DNA from: Candidatus Saccharimonadota bacterium
GTDB lineage: Bacteria; Patescibacteriota; Saccharimonadia; Saccharimonadales; OFTM59
Length of the DNA: 64,000 bases
Assembly: GCA_029260875.1 (NCBI GenBank)
Contig: JAJDCL010000028.1
Location: forward strand, 1,161 to 65,160
Direction: 5' to 3'
Shown piece after piece: positions 54,216 through 63,530 of this stretch. A model generated the notes under the pieces. That model was not told the origin of the DNA. It ran no database searches and was given only the letters and a program-made list of their open reading frames with translations. Each line of letters begins with the position of its first letter. Within the stretch, counting starts at the first letter, position 1. The translations under genes and the position numbers were made by a program.

Positions 54216-54911
54216 TCATATTTTTACTTGGTCCAAAGACTGGACGATCGTGACGTAGTCCGACCAGTCTTTGCCTAACTTTTCTATATGAGGGATAGGG
54301 CTGCCATCGCGACTTACTAGTATTGCCCGGGCTCCTAAATTTCTAGCAAATTGCGCGTCTACGAACTGGTCACCGATTACCAAAGAACGTTCACCACTTA
54401 ACATACCGCTTTCTAAATAACGGTTTACCACCTTGGGGTCTGGCTTGCGAAATGAGCTATCATCACCGCAAACAACCGCATCTATCCTTCCTCGTAACGA
54501 CGAACGCTGGACTATACTGCGCGGGCTAGCATTGAGCCGGCCTTCATGAAAACGATTCGTTACCATAATCTGAAATACATCTGCAGCGTATAAACGTTGA
54601 GCCAGGCGTTTTGCATCCGGAAATATATGACGTTCAATATCCTCAAAATGTTCGTTCTGGGCGATTAGAAAGTCTGCAATTATTGCCTCAATGGTTGCCT
54701 CTGATACATTCCCACCTATGATATTGTTGATTGACTCTGCCAAGCTGCCGTGACGGTTTTCTGAAAATATCTGCGCGCCTGGACGGTCATTAAAGCCATG
54801 ACCTGGCAGCACATCGCATAAAACCTCAGTAAAAATACCCAGGCTATCTATTAATGTTCCGTCTAAATCCCAGATAGCATCTTTTGCTTCTATATCAACA
54901 CTAGCTGACAC
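54216..54911 (-). CDS. HAD-superfamily hydrolase (phosphatase)
   Basis: It carries IWDLDGTLIDS (DxDGT), VTNR and GDQFVD. Confidence 0.75.
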   Translation of the reverse strand: MSASVDIEAKDAIWDLDGTLIDSLGIFTEVLCDVLPGHGFNDRPGAQIFSENRHGSLAESINNIIGGNVSEATIEAIIADFLIAQNEHFEDIERHIFPDAKRLAQRLYAADVFQIMVTNRFHEGRLNASPRSIVQRSSLRGRIDAVVCGDDSSFRKPDPKVVNRYLESGMLSGERSLVIGDQFVDAQFARNLGARAILVSRDGSPIPHIEKLGKDWSDYVTIVQSLDQVKI

Positions 54912-56244
54912 TTGAGATTACGTCCTTAATCTCCACCCGCTTTTGCTCTGTTGTGTCGCGGTCACGTATCGTTACGGTATTATCTGCCAGGGTGTCAAAG
55001 TCTATTACTACGCAGTATGGGGTGCCGATTTCGTCTTGGCGGCGATAGCGTTTGCCTATATTGCCGTTGTCGTCCCACATTACGTTGCCGAATTCTTTTT
55101 TGAGCATTTGGTAGACTTCCTTGGCCTTTTCAACAAGCTCCGGTTTGTTTTTTAACAGCGGGCTGACCGCTACACGGTAAGGTGCAAGGTGTGCGGCAAG
55201 CTTCAACACGACGCGGGTTTCGCCGTTAATTTCTTCTTCGTGATAGGCATCTACCAAAACTGCCAAAAGCATGCGGCCAACACCGACCGATGATTCGATA
55301 ACGTACGGAGTAAAGCGTTCTTTGGATTCTTCATCAAAATAGCTCAGATCTTTGCCACTAACACGCGAGTGATTAGACAGGTCAAAGTCTGTGCGATTAT
55401 GTGTACCCCAAAGCTCTTTGAACCCTTGCGGATATTTAAAGTAGATGTCATGGGCTGCTGCTGCGTAGTGTGCACGTTCCTTTACGTCATGCTCGTGCCA
55501 CTTTAGATTGTCTTCTGCAATACCAAGGCGCTCCGTCAAAAACTTCCATGCAAATTCACGCCACCGCTCGTAAACCTCTTGTTGTATGTCAGGTTTGATA
55601 AAATACTGCATCTCCATTTGTTCTAACTCACGCACGCGGAAAATAAAATCTCGTGGTGAAATCTCATTCCGAAAAGCCTTGCCTATTTGCGCGATACCAA
55701 ACGGCAGCTTTGCGCGCATAGTCTCGCGAACGTTTTCGTAATTGATAAATATTGAACCAGCTGTTTCCGGCCGCAAGTATGAAATAGATGATTCGTCTTC
55801 AACCGGACCAACCCAGGTTTTCATCATCATGTTGTATTTGCGCGGCTCCATAAGTGTTTTTTTGCCGCATGTTGGACACGCTTTGTCCTTTAACAGCTCT
55901 TTGAGTTCGTTCAAATCTGTTGAATCAGTGTCTGCTAAGTGATCAGCACGATGACGCGCACCACAGCTTTTGCAGTCTACCAGTGGATCTGTAAATCCTG
56001 CCACGTGACCACTGGCTTCCCAAAGTTTTGGATTCTGAATAATGGTGCCGTCCACACCAAAGATATTGTCATGTTCACGAACCATCGCCTGCCACCAAAG
56101 CTGCTTGATATTGTTGGCCAGCTCTACACCGAGTGGGCCGTAGTCATAAAATCCAGCCAGACCACCATAAATTTCTGAGGCCTGAAATACAAATCCGCGG
56201 CGTTTGGCTAGGCTTACAATGTCTTCCATTTTGACTTCACTCAT
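54901..56244 (-). CDS. glyQS: Glycyl-tRNA synthetase, single-chain (alpha2) type
   Basis: 447 aa with AKRRGFVFQASEIYGGLAGFYDYGPLG and FRNEISPR. Confidence 0.95.
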   Translation of the reverse strand: MSEVKMEDIVSLAKRRGFVFQASEIYGGLAGFYDYGPLGVELANNIKQLWWQAMVREHDNIFGVDGTIIQNPKLWEASGHVAGFTDPLVDCKSCGARHRADHLADTDSTDLNELKELLKDKACPTCGKKTLMEPRKYNMMMKTWVGPVEDESSISYLRPETAGSIFINYENVRETMRAKLPFGIAQIGKAFRNEISPRDFIFRVRELEQMEMQYFIKPDIQQEVYERWREFAWKFLTERLGIAEDNLKWHEHDVKERAHYAAAAHDIYFKYPQGFKELWGTHNRTDFDLSNHSRVSGKDLSYFDEESKERFTPYVIESSVGVGRMLLAVLVDAYHEEEINGETRVVLKLAAHLAPYRVAVSPLLKNKPELVEKAKEVYQMLKKEFGNVMWDDNGNIGKRYRRQDEIGTPYCVVIDFDTLADNTVTIRDRDTTEQKRVEIKDVISSVS

Positions 56245-56483
56245 GATTTGGCCTTTTCTTCTTTATAAAACCATTCGTATATACCGTATATCCATGTAAA
56301 CAGATAAACAACACTGGGGGCAAAAACGCCCCACTGCTCACTTCTTATGGCAGAAATAAGCCAAAACAGCTGCGAGCACAAGCCAACTACAAAGCCCCAT
56401 TTGTTCTTACGGGCAATCAACACAATAGCCCCAACTCCCAGTACAAAAATCGCAACCTGCGTAATTAAATCAATAGTGTCCAT
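56241..56483 (-). CDS. Small three-TM membrane protein
   Basis: 80 aa, hydrophobic, with a 4-nt overlap with glyQS. Confidence 0.5.
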   Translation of the reverse strand: MDTIDLITQVAIFVLGVGAIVLIARKNKWGFVVGLCSQLFWLISAIRSEQWGVFAPSVVYLFTWIYGIYEWFYKEEKAKS

Positions 56484-56495
56484 CTTATGAACAGA

Positions 56496-57188
56496 TTATA
56501 TCCGAACAAGACGACTTAACATAGTATTGGCTAGCTGCAGCACTTCACCGGCAAGTTTTTCGGTGCCCTTGACCTGTGTTAGCTTACCAGGTTCGGATGT
56601 GCCAATGCCTAGGCGGAGTAGTTTTATGTGATTAGCTGTGAACGGACCGTCATCAACCGCGCGAAAAGCCATATCATCATACGAAAACATGTAGCGCTCG
56701 CCTGTAGACAAGTCTTTGCCCGCAGTATCTTGTCTAAGTTTTGGGCTATGTCCGGTGATCTTCAAAAGCTGCATGCTAAACCAAAGCTCTATAAGCTCTG
56801 GCGATAATGCTTTGTTGTCTAAGCCGGAAAGCGTTGCAGCCAAGAGTTTAAAATATTCTTCTCCGGCTGCGTCTTCGGTAACCCGGTTTATGCGCTTTAG
56901 TATTTCATAGCTAAGCATCGTCCGATCTATGTCGCTAACAATATCCCCGTAATGGGTAGCCAATCTTGAGGATATGAGCGTGCCGATCTCCTTACGGCCA
57001 GGCAAAAACGTAATATCGCTTATACTAAACAGTTCTATACCGCCAGCTAGCTTGGACTTAACGCGCCTGACCCCCTTAGCAATCAGCCGGATCTTGCCGT
57101 AGTCAGGGGTAAGAACAGTTATGATCCGATCCGCTTCCTGAAAGTTGGTTCTTGACAGAACAATCGCGCGCGTAACAATCTGATTCAC
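56496..57188 (-). CDS. recO: DNA repair protein RecO
   Basis: 230 aa. The N-terminal OB-fold segment is AIVLSRTNFQEADRIITVLTPDYGKIRLIAKGVRR. Confidence 0.85.
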   Translation of the reverse strand: MNQIVTRAIVLSRTNFQEADRIITVLTPDYGKIRLIAKGVRRVKSKLAGGIELFSISDITFLPGRKEIGTLISSRLATHYGDIVSDIDRTMLSYEILKRINRVTEDAAGEEYFKLLAATLSGLDNKALSPELIELWFSMQLLKITGHSPKLRQDTAGKDLSTGERYMFSYDDMAFRAVDDGPFTANHIKLLRLGIGTSEPGKLTQVKGTEKLAGEVLQLANTMLSRLVRI

Positions 57189-57565
57189 GATAAAGCTGGT
57201 TCCAAATATTTGACCGCCGACACCAGCTGGTGCAACTTGGTTTGTGGTTTATACAAAAAACGCACCACACCAAGTTGCTCAAGTAGCTTGGCGCCACCCG
57301 TTACAGATTCTTCCGAGACAATTGACAACACAATAACGGGTATGTCTTGCCATTCAGTGTACGACCTAAATTCGTACAAAAACTCTACACCGTTATGTGC
57401 TGGAAGTTGTAATTCTAAGACAACAACGTCAGGCCGTTCAGCGTCAGCCTGGTGTATGGCTGACTGGGCATTGGACTGCCAGTTGACGCTGTGCCCGTAT
57501 TGCTCCAATGCTTTTTGGTAATTGCCTCCCAATATTCTATCCGGTTCGATAAGTAATATATTCAT
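57185..57565 (-). CDS. Stand-alone receiver (CheY-like) protein
   Basis: 126 aa with MNILLIEPD...PDVVVLELQLP...LYKP. Confidence 0.8.
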   Translation of the reverse strand: MNILLIEPDRILGGNYQKALEQYGHSVNWQSNAQSAIHQADAERPDVVVLELQLPAHNGVEFLYEFRSYTEWQDIPVIVLSIVSEESVTGGAKLLEQLGVVRFLYKPQTKLHQLVSAVKYLEPALS

Positions 57566-58269
57566 ACGAGTGTCAGCTGTGTATTTGGCGCTAGCGTCAC
57601 CGCTAGACCGCTTAGTTTACTGTGGCGCGAAACATGCAGCCCGCCCGCCATGGTCGCGAATAAAGAGTCCGCTATAAAAATTCCGGCCGATGAGCTGTGC
57701 CCAAAGACAGGCAACGATTGCCGAGCGCGACCATGCAACAGCTTGGCACGCTGGAACATATTGGCTGTGAGTTCTTTATGATTGCCGTATGTGCCCGCCA
57801 CAATCCCCGACCTGCTTTTATGTGCACCCAGGACCAGCCGTGGCTTGCGTATGCCTGATTCCTGCTGCGCTTCTATGAACGAATAACCGAGCGATATCAT
57901 GGCAGCTTCCAGGCTTTTGCGGTGCCCCATAACCGGAGCATACCTACCGCTCAGATTAAGTTCTATGTCACAAGAATATTCCTTGGCTATCTTTTCGAGG
58001 CGTTCGGCCACTCTTTGCAAAACGGAGGACACCGAAAGAGGCTCAAGCTGTAGCGCGGACTGTGCACTTGATAGTTGGCGACTTAACAAATAGCTATCTA
58101 CTAGATGAATCGCCATATCAGCCACACTCTCGATGTGCTCGTATCTAGTCTCTTTCCCCATCTTCGCCAGCTCAATGTGCTGTGATATATGCAAAAGTGG
58201 CAACTTAAGTTGTTCTGCTAGCGCCAGCAGTAAGTGCTCACTATCCTTATACTGATCAGACGTCGTCAT
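57562..58269 (-). CDS. Cytoplasmic histidine-kinase-like protein with degenerate H-box and G-boxes
   Basis: 235 aa. AEQLKLPL sits where SHELRTPL would be, so the His appears replaced by Glu. The C-terminal SSSAGIFIADSLFATMAGGLHV resembles a decayed G2 box. Confidence 0.45.
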   Translation of the reverse strand: MTTSDQYKDSEHLLLALAEQLKLPLLHISQHIELAKMGKETRYEHIESVADMAIHLVDSYLLSRQLSSAQSALQLEPLSVSSVLQRVAERLEKIAKEYSCDIELNLSGRYAPVMGHRKSLEAAMISLGYSFIEAQQESGIRKPRLVLGAHKSRSGIVAGTYGNHKELTANMFQRAKLLHGRARQSLPVFGHSSSAGIFIADSLFATMAGGLHVSRHSKLSGLAVTLAPNTQLTLV

Positions 58270-58363
58270 AGTCGTCTGTTACCCTCAAGTTATATCTCCA
58301 GTATAGCACTGTAGAGTTTCATAGAAACTCCTTACGTATATGGTTGCGATATTCTGCTGGGCC

Positions 58364-59065
58364 CTATGGAGAAAATGACAAGTTTTTAATTATTATGTCG
58401 TCAAAATCTTTGGTGAACTGCTCTGATTCAGCCGTTAACTTTAGTGTTTTGTCACGCAACGGGAACATTACCACTGAGCCTTTTTTCTTATTTTCTATCT
58501 CGCCGTCAACCCTCACTCCAGCCGTGTCACCCATCTGAAAAGGTGTAACCTTGACCTTGCCGTTTTTGCTATCACTCTCAAACCGCTTTAGTAGTTGCGC
58601 ATAGTCAGTTTCTGTAACCTCAAGATGCAGCGCAAAAGCTGTCCCTGACTGTATGCCCGGGACAAACCCGGGGTGAAAATAACCGTTGACAGGGGTACTG
58701 CTTTTCTCGTCTTCTGTAACAAATGCTGACCAGGTTTTAGGATACACAATTTTTACGCTACCAAAAGCTGCCGGGCCCTGGTAGGTCGCATATGGGCTCT
58801 TTTCCTTCTCAGACAACTCAGTGTCTTTTTTGGCGCTAATCTCCTTAGCAGATTCTTCGTTTGCGACAGCTAGCTTTTGCTCAAAATTATTATTAAGGTC
58901 GCCGTATTTGGAGGCTGTTGTAAGCCATAAATACCCAAACACAAGCGTAAGCATCGCAAAGATCGCCAAGACGATAAAGAGTATGGGGCCATGGTTGGGC
59001 TTTGCTTGTGACGCCACATATGGTTGCTGGGGGTATTGCCCTGGCTGAGGATAGTTTGGATCCAT
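58364..59065 (-). CDS. Hypothetical single-pass membrane protein with a Pro/Gln-rich N-terminus
   Basis: 233 aa with MDPNYPQPGQYPQQP... followed by a TM (ILFIVLAIFAMLTLVFGYLWL). Confidence 0.5.
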   Translation of the reverse strand: MDPNYPQPGQYPQQPYVASQAKPNHGPILFIVLAIFAMLTLVFGYLWLTTASKYGDLNNNFEQKLAVANEESAKEISAKKDTELSEKEKSPYATYQGPAAFGSVKIVYPKTWSAFVTEDEKSSTPVNGYFHPGFVPGIQSGTAFALHLEVTETDYAQLLKRFESDSKNGKVKVTPFQMGDTAGVRVDGEIENKKKGSVVMFPLRDKTLKLTAESEQFTKDFDDIIIKNLSFSP

Positions 59066-59094
59066 ATAGAGCTAATGTTAGCATAACCCTGTTT

Positions 59095-59586
59095 TTATTT
59101 GTACTCGTATAAAAAAACTCCGTGCCACGTCTTGATGGGGCTTCTCCTAGGAATTTTAAACGCGATACTGACGAGTTTAATATCATGCTGGCTATATTGT
59201 TGAATAATTTTTTTATCCAATTTTTCCATGTAATGGTCAAGCAAAAAGACAAATATACCGTCCGCTTGGGGCCAGTCTTTTGACCAATAATCGCCCCAGA
59301 CTATTTTTACGCTACTTCTATACTTCCACGTGCGCATTCTGGACACAAGCACCAGTATGGGGTTTAGCTCATAGCCGACTACTTTTACCCCTTGTTCAGC
59401 AGCCATACGAGCTATGCGCCCATCGCCACAACCTAGCTCTAGCAATACTTCGCCCGGAGATAGGCCTAGCATGTCTAGCGCAATATCGGCTTGTTTTCTT
59501 AGCGTTGGTAGATACGGTGCCCCGCGCAATACTACAAGACCAAAAACTAGGATTAGTATGCCGAGCGCGGCAAACAGTACACTCAT
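59095..59586 (-). CDS. Class I SAM-dependent methyltransferase with an N-terminal TM
   Basis: It carries VLLELGCGDGRIA (motif I). It overlaps xseB by 4 nt. Confidence 0.75.
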   Translation of the reverse strand: MSVLFAALGILILVFGLVVLRGAPYLPTLRKQADIALDMLGLSPGEVLLELGCGDGRIARMAAEQGVKVVGYELNPILVLVSRMRTWKYRSSVKIVWGDYWSKDWPQADGIFVFLLDHYMEKLDKKIIQQYSQHDIKLVSIAFKIPRRSPIKTWHGVFLYEYK

Positions 59587-59789
59587 GAAGCAGTCTGGCT
59601 AAAATCTGCTTTAATTTTTTGAACCCTGTTTTCTGCCGATTTAAGGTATAGCTCAAGTTCTTGCAATATCTGCATGCCCCGCTCGTACTTTGCTACAGCT
59701 GTGTCAATATCACCCTCAGATGATTGCAGCTCGTCTAGTATCGCGTCCAGTTCGGCTTTTAGTTTTGGGTAGTCAATCGGCTGTTTCAT
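59583..59789 (-). CDS. xseB: Exodeoxyribonuclease VII small subunit
   Basis: 68 aa with LDAILDELQSSEGDIDTAVAKYERGMQIL. It lies directly after xseA. Confidence 0.85.
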   Translation of the reverse strand: MKQPIDYPKLKAELDAILDELQSSEGDIDTAVAKYERGMQILQELELYLKSAENRVQKIKADFSQTAS

Positions 59790-59793
59790 AATC

Positions 59794-60912
59794 TTATTTT
59801 ATCTTAATACTTTTAATTTGCGCTATAGATGTAGCATCTTGCAGCTCAATGTCTATGAGCATGTCTTTTTGGAGTTGAGAGCCAGAACGAATCAGTTTGC
59901 CCTCACGCCTTAGTATCACATAACCACGCGCAAGTGCCGCAGCGGGGTCTAGTGCTGCCAGTAAATGTTTTTTTAGATTCAAGTGTGTGGATATGCTGTC
60001 CAACTTGCGAACCAGTACTTCATTCATCAGCTTGGCGTTATCGGCGTGCTCGCGGCGCCTAAGACCTAACAGCTCTTCCAGCCTATGGGTCAAGGTAGCC
60101 TGAAGTTGTTGCAAGCGGTCAGTGATGTCCTTTCTGTCAGGCACCAACAACTCTGCGGCGTTACTGGGGGTGCTGGCACGAAGATCTGCAGCCAATTCAG
60201 CTAGCGTGACATCTGTTTCGTGACCTATAGCTACAAGGGTCGGGATTCGGCTACCAGCTATTGCCCGCGTAACCTGTTCTGTACTAAAGGCGCCTAAATC
60301 TTCAGGGCTACCGCCACCACGGATGATAACCAGCACGTCAACCGGTTCAGAGTGACTGTTAAAGTATTCAACCGCCCGCACAATCTGTCCAACCGCTGGT
60401 TCGCCCTGGACCTGTACATCAGCAAGCAAAATATCTATACCCACCCAGCGCACATTTATAATCTTTAAGAAATCCGCATAAGCAGCAGATTCCCCTGATG
60501 TGATCAGCCCAACCTTGCGTGGAGGCAACCGCAAAGGACGCTTACGACTAGCGTCAAATAAGCCCTCGGCAACCAATTTGGCTTCTAGTAACGATGCTGC
60601 GCGCTTGAGCGAACCATCTCCCACAGACTGGATAGATTGAATACTAACGCTAAAACCATATTGTGGGTGCAGTCTCGGGGTGCCACGAACTTGCATCATA
60701 AGGCCGTCCTCTAATGGCCCGGGCAGTAAAAAGACCGTGCCAAAGAACTTAACACTGGCATATTCATCTTTTAAATCAAAATACACCCATTTGTTCTTAC
60801 TAATCCGGAAGTTTGCCAGCTCGCCCACGACCGAAACACTAGGGTACGCAAACTCCAGTGTCTGGTTCAGTGAAGCAACAAGATCTACCGGCGAAAAAAC
60901 AATCTCTTCCAT
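59794..60912 (-). CDS. xseA: Exodeoxyribonuclease VII large subunit
   Basis: 372 aa. The N-terminal OB fold is VSVVGELANFRISKNKWVYFDLKD, and GRGGGS-like IIRGGGSPEDL is present. Confidence 0.9.
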   Translation of the reverse strand: MEEIVFSPVDLVASLNQTLEFAYPSVSVVGELANFRISKNKWVYFDLKDEYASVKFFGTVFLLPGPLEDGLMMQVRGTPRLHPQYGFSVSIQSIQSVGDGSLKRAASLLEAKLVAEGLFDASRKRPLRLPPRKVGLITSGESAAYADFLKIINVRWVGIDILLADVQVQGEPAVGQIVRAVEYFNSHSEPVDVLVIIRGGGSPEDLGAFSTEQVTRAIAGSRIPTLVAIGHETDVTLAELAADLRASTPSNAAELLVPDRKDITDRLQQLQATLTHRLEELLGLRRREHADNAKLMNEVLVRKLDSISTHLNLKKHLLAALDPAAALARGYVILRREGKLIRSGSQLQKDMLIDIELQDATSIAQIKSIKIK

Positions 60913-60968
60913 ACAACAACTTTATCACTAATACTTTAAATGCAGGGTTACTACTGCTACCGTATTTA

Positions 60969-62015
60969 TCAAAAAACGCGAGGAGGGGGCTCGTAGTGAA
61001 GAGCCCTTTGGTAAAAATAGTAGCCCGTGGGCAGCTGTATAGCCATACTCACCATCCTAAAGGCGATTACCACAGGGAGACTCAAGCCAGCAGGCACTCC
61101 AGCGGCAGCAAACACCGCAGTCATCAGACCTTCATAAATACCTATTCCACCGGGCAGAATAGACATAATGCCGGCAAAATTCGCTACCGCGTACGCAATG
61201 ATGATAGCGCCAGGATTTACAAATTGCCCAAAAGCAACAAATACCGCAAATACAGCTGCTATCTCACTAATATTGGCCAGCAGGGCGAACCTCAATGGAG
61301 GTATTAAATCCATCACATGCAGCCTAAGTAGACGGTAGTTTTCGTGTAGCTCCCTGAACACCCGCTGTACCCGGCTTATATTGATCGTTTCCGGGTGTCG
61401 CGGTCGCACAATTTTTATAACCCGGTTTAAGAATCTGGTTAAGCCCGTGAAAAATGCGTTTAGCCTAGACTCGTTACTAATAACAAACAGGACTATTAGT
61501 GTGCCGATCAAAAGCAAGGTTGCCAGCGAACCGGCAATCATCATGACAAAGGCACTCACCTGACCACTAAACGACAGTAGTAACAAACCAAGAGCGAGCA
61601 ACACCTGAAAAGACACAAACAACAGCGCAAAGCGCATAATCTGCACTAGTGTTGCCTTACCCACAGAAACATCCTCGTTCTTAAGACGAATACTTAAATA
61701 CGAGAACCCGCTTACCCCGGCCGTCGGGAACACGTTGTTCACAAAGTTCATCTCTAGGCTAAGTCGCATCATTGACCTAGTACGAAACCGGCTGCCCAAA
61801 ATCCTAAATACTGACTGGTACATCTTTCCTTGAGAAAAATGATTTAATGCTGACAGCGGTATTACGAGCAATATTGGCCAGGGGTTCGCGGTTTGTAAGT
61901 TTTTTAGGGTTTGAAATATCTGTTCACGCAGCGCATAACCAGTAAGCACCAGAGCACCGAAAGTGACCAGCGTGAGGAGTATTTTCCAACGACTTCGCTT
62001 TATCTTATCAACCAT
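60969..62015 (-). CDS. Multi-TM UPF0104/flippase-like (lysyl-PG-synthase TM-region family) protein
   Basis: 348 aa with about 8 TM helices and a PGGIGIYE-type motif (LPGGIGIYEG). Confidence 0.65.
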   Translation of the reverse strand: MVDKIKRSRWKILLTLVTFGALVLTGYALREQIFQTLKNLQTANPWPILLVIPLSALNHFSQGKMYQSVFRILGSRFRTRSMMRLSLEMNFVNNVFPTAGVSGFSYLSIRLKNEDVSVGKATLVQIMRFALLFVSFQVLLALGLLLLSFSGQVSAFVMMIAGSLATLLLIGTLIVLFVISNESRLNAFFTGLTRFLNRVIKIVRPRHPETINISRVQRVFRELHENYRLLRLHVMDLIPPLRFALLANISEIAAVFAVFVAFGQFVNPGAIIIAYAVANFAGIMSILPGGIGIYEGLMTAVFAAAGVPAGLSLPVVIAFRMVSMAIQLPTGYYFYQRALHYEPPPRVF

Positions 62016-62092
62016 TCCCAGCCATTATAGCCTAAAGACAGCTTCTAGATTAAATCTCTGCAAGAGGTAATAAACCAGCTATACTTAACCGC

Positions 62093-63253
62093 ATGAGTAA
62101 ATCTATATGCATATTAGGGCGTCAGCCAGTTTTAGGCTTGGCTGAGTTAGAAAGCCTGTTTGGCGCTGATAGAATGCGTCCGGTCGGCCAAGAGGCGGTA
62201 GAAATTGATTCAGAAACCCAGGCCGTGCCATTAGTAAGACTAGGTGGCACACAAAAGGTCTGCAAGCTATTAGCTTATCTTCCTTATAGTAACTGGCGTC
62301 AGCTAGAAAAACACTTAGTAGAGAATGTGCCAAAGCATTTGGGGTTTCTACCAGAGGGAAAACTCAAGCTGGGCTTAAGTGCTTACGGCATCAGTGTGGG
62401 GCCAAGACAAATCAATGCCAGTGGACTAACACTCAAAAAAAGCATTAAGGCCTCGGGGCGATCAGTACGCATAGTGCCAAACACCGATACTTGTTTAAGT
62501 ACCGCTCAGACCATCCACAACAATATGACCGGTCCACTCGGCATGGAGTTGGTGCTCATAGCCGACGGCCAGCAAACCGTATTAGCTCAAGTGATTGCCG
62601 TACAGGACATTGCAGCCTATGGCGCACGTGACCAAGCTAGACCGATGAGGGACGCTCGTGTAGGCATGTTGCCACCGAAGCTCGCCCAAATAATTGTTAA
62701 CCTGGCGCGGCCCGAAATTGGCGCTACCGTACTAGATCCTTTCTGTGGAACCGGAGTTGTCCTTCAGGAAGCAGCGCTTATGGGGTTTGATGTATACGGC
62801 ACAGATCTAGAGCCCCGTATGGTCGAATATTCCAAGGCAAATCTAGATTGGTTGAGAGTTGACGCTGCTCAAAGGCGGATCAGCCAAGGTGACGCCACCA
62901 TGGCTAAATGGGAGGATCCGTTTAGCGTGATTGCCTCAGAGACATATCTGGGTCGCCCCTTCTCTGCTGCGCCTGCACAAAACGTCCTTAGAGACGTTAT
63001 GCAAGATGTAGGCACCATCCTACGCAAATTCCTAAGCAATGTCGCAGGTCAAACTAGGTCGGGCTTTCGGCTTTGCTTGGCAATACCAGCCTGGAAGACG
63101 CAACAAGGCTTTCAACACCTTAAAGTGCTTGATTCCCTAGAGGAAATCGGTTATACTCGTCAGAGTTTTGTTCATGCCAATGAACGGGAGCTGGTCTATC
63201 ACAGGCCAAACCAGATCGTTGGTCGTGAACTAGTAGTACTAATAAGGAAGTAA
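62093..63253 (+). CDS. Putative RNA methyltransferase (N-terminal RNA-binding-like domain + class I MTase, UPF0020/Trm11-like)
   Basis: It carries VLDPFCGTGVVLQEAALMG (motif I) and YGTDLEPRMV. Confidence 0.65.
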   Translation: MSKSICILGRQPVLGLAELESLFGADRMRPVGQEAVEIDSETQAVPLVRLGGTQKVCKLLAYLPYSNWRQLEKHLVENVPKHLGFLPEGKLKLGLSAYGISVGPRQINASGLTLKKSIKASGRSVRIVPNTDTCLSTAQTIHNNMTGPLGMELVLIADGQQTVLAQVIAVQDIAAYGARDQARPMRDARVGMLPPKLAQIIVNLARPEIGATVLDPFCGTGVVLQEAALMGFDVYGTDLEPRMVEYSKANLDWLRVDAAQRRISQGDATMAKWEDPFSVIASETYLGRPFSAAPAQNVLRDVMQDVGTILRKFLSNVAGQTRSGFRLCLAIPAWKTQQGFQHLKVLDSLEEIGYTRQSFVHANERELVYHRPNQIVGRELVVLIRK

Positions 63254-63254
63254 T

Positions 63255-63527
63255 ATGTCACACGTCAAAGCAGGCGGCACAAGTAAAAACGTTAAGGACA
63301 GCCCGGGTCAACGGCTCGGGGTTAAGCTATTCGGTGGCCAAAAAGTCCGTACTGGCCAGATTATTGTCCGTCAAACCGGCATGACTAAGCGGCCTGGCAA
63401 AGGCACATTTATCGGCCGTGATTTCACTATTCATGCTGAAAAAGACGGTATAGTCCGTTTCAATACTCGCAGGTTCCGACTCTTCTCTGGCAAAACAACT
63501 GGCCGCACCGAAGTCACTGTTGAATAA
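63255..63527 (+). CDS. rpmA: 50S ribosomal protein L27
   Basis: It carries HVKAGGTSKNVKDSPGQRLGVKLFGGQKVRTGQIIVRQTG. Confidence 0.95.
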   Translation: MSHVKAGGTSKNVKDSPGQRLGVKLFGGQKVRTGQIIVRQTGMTKRPGKGTFIGRDFTIHAEKDGIVRFNTRRFRLFSGKTTGRTEVTVE

Positions 63528-63530
63528 ACT

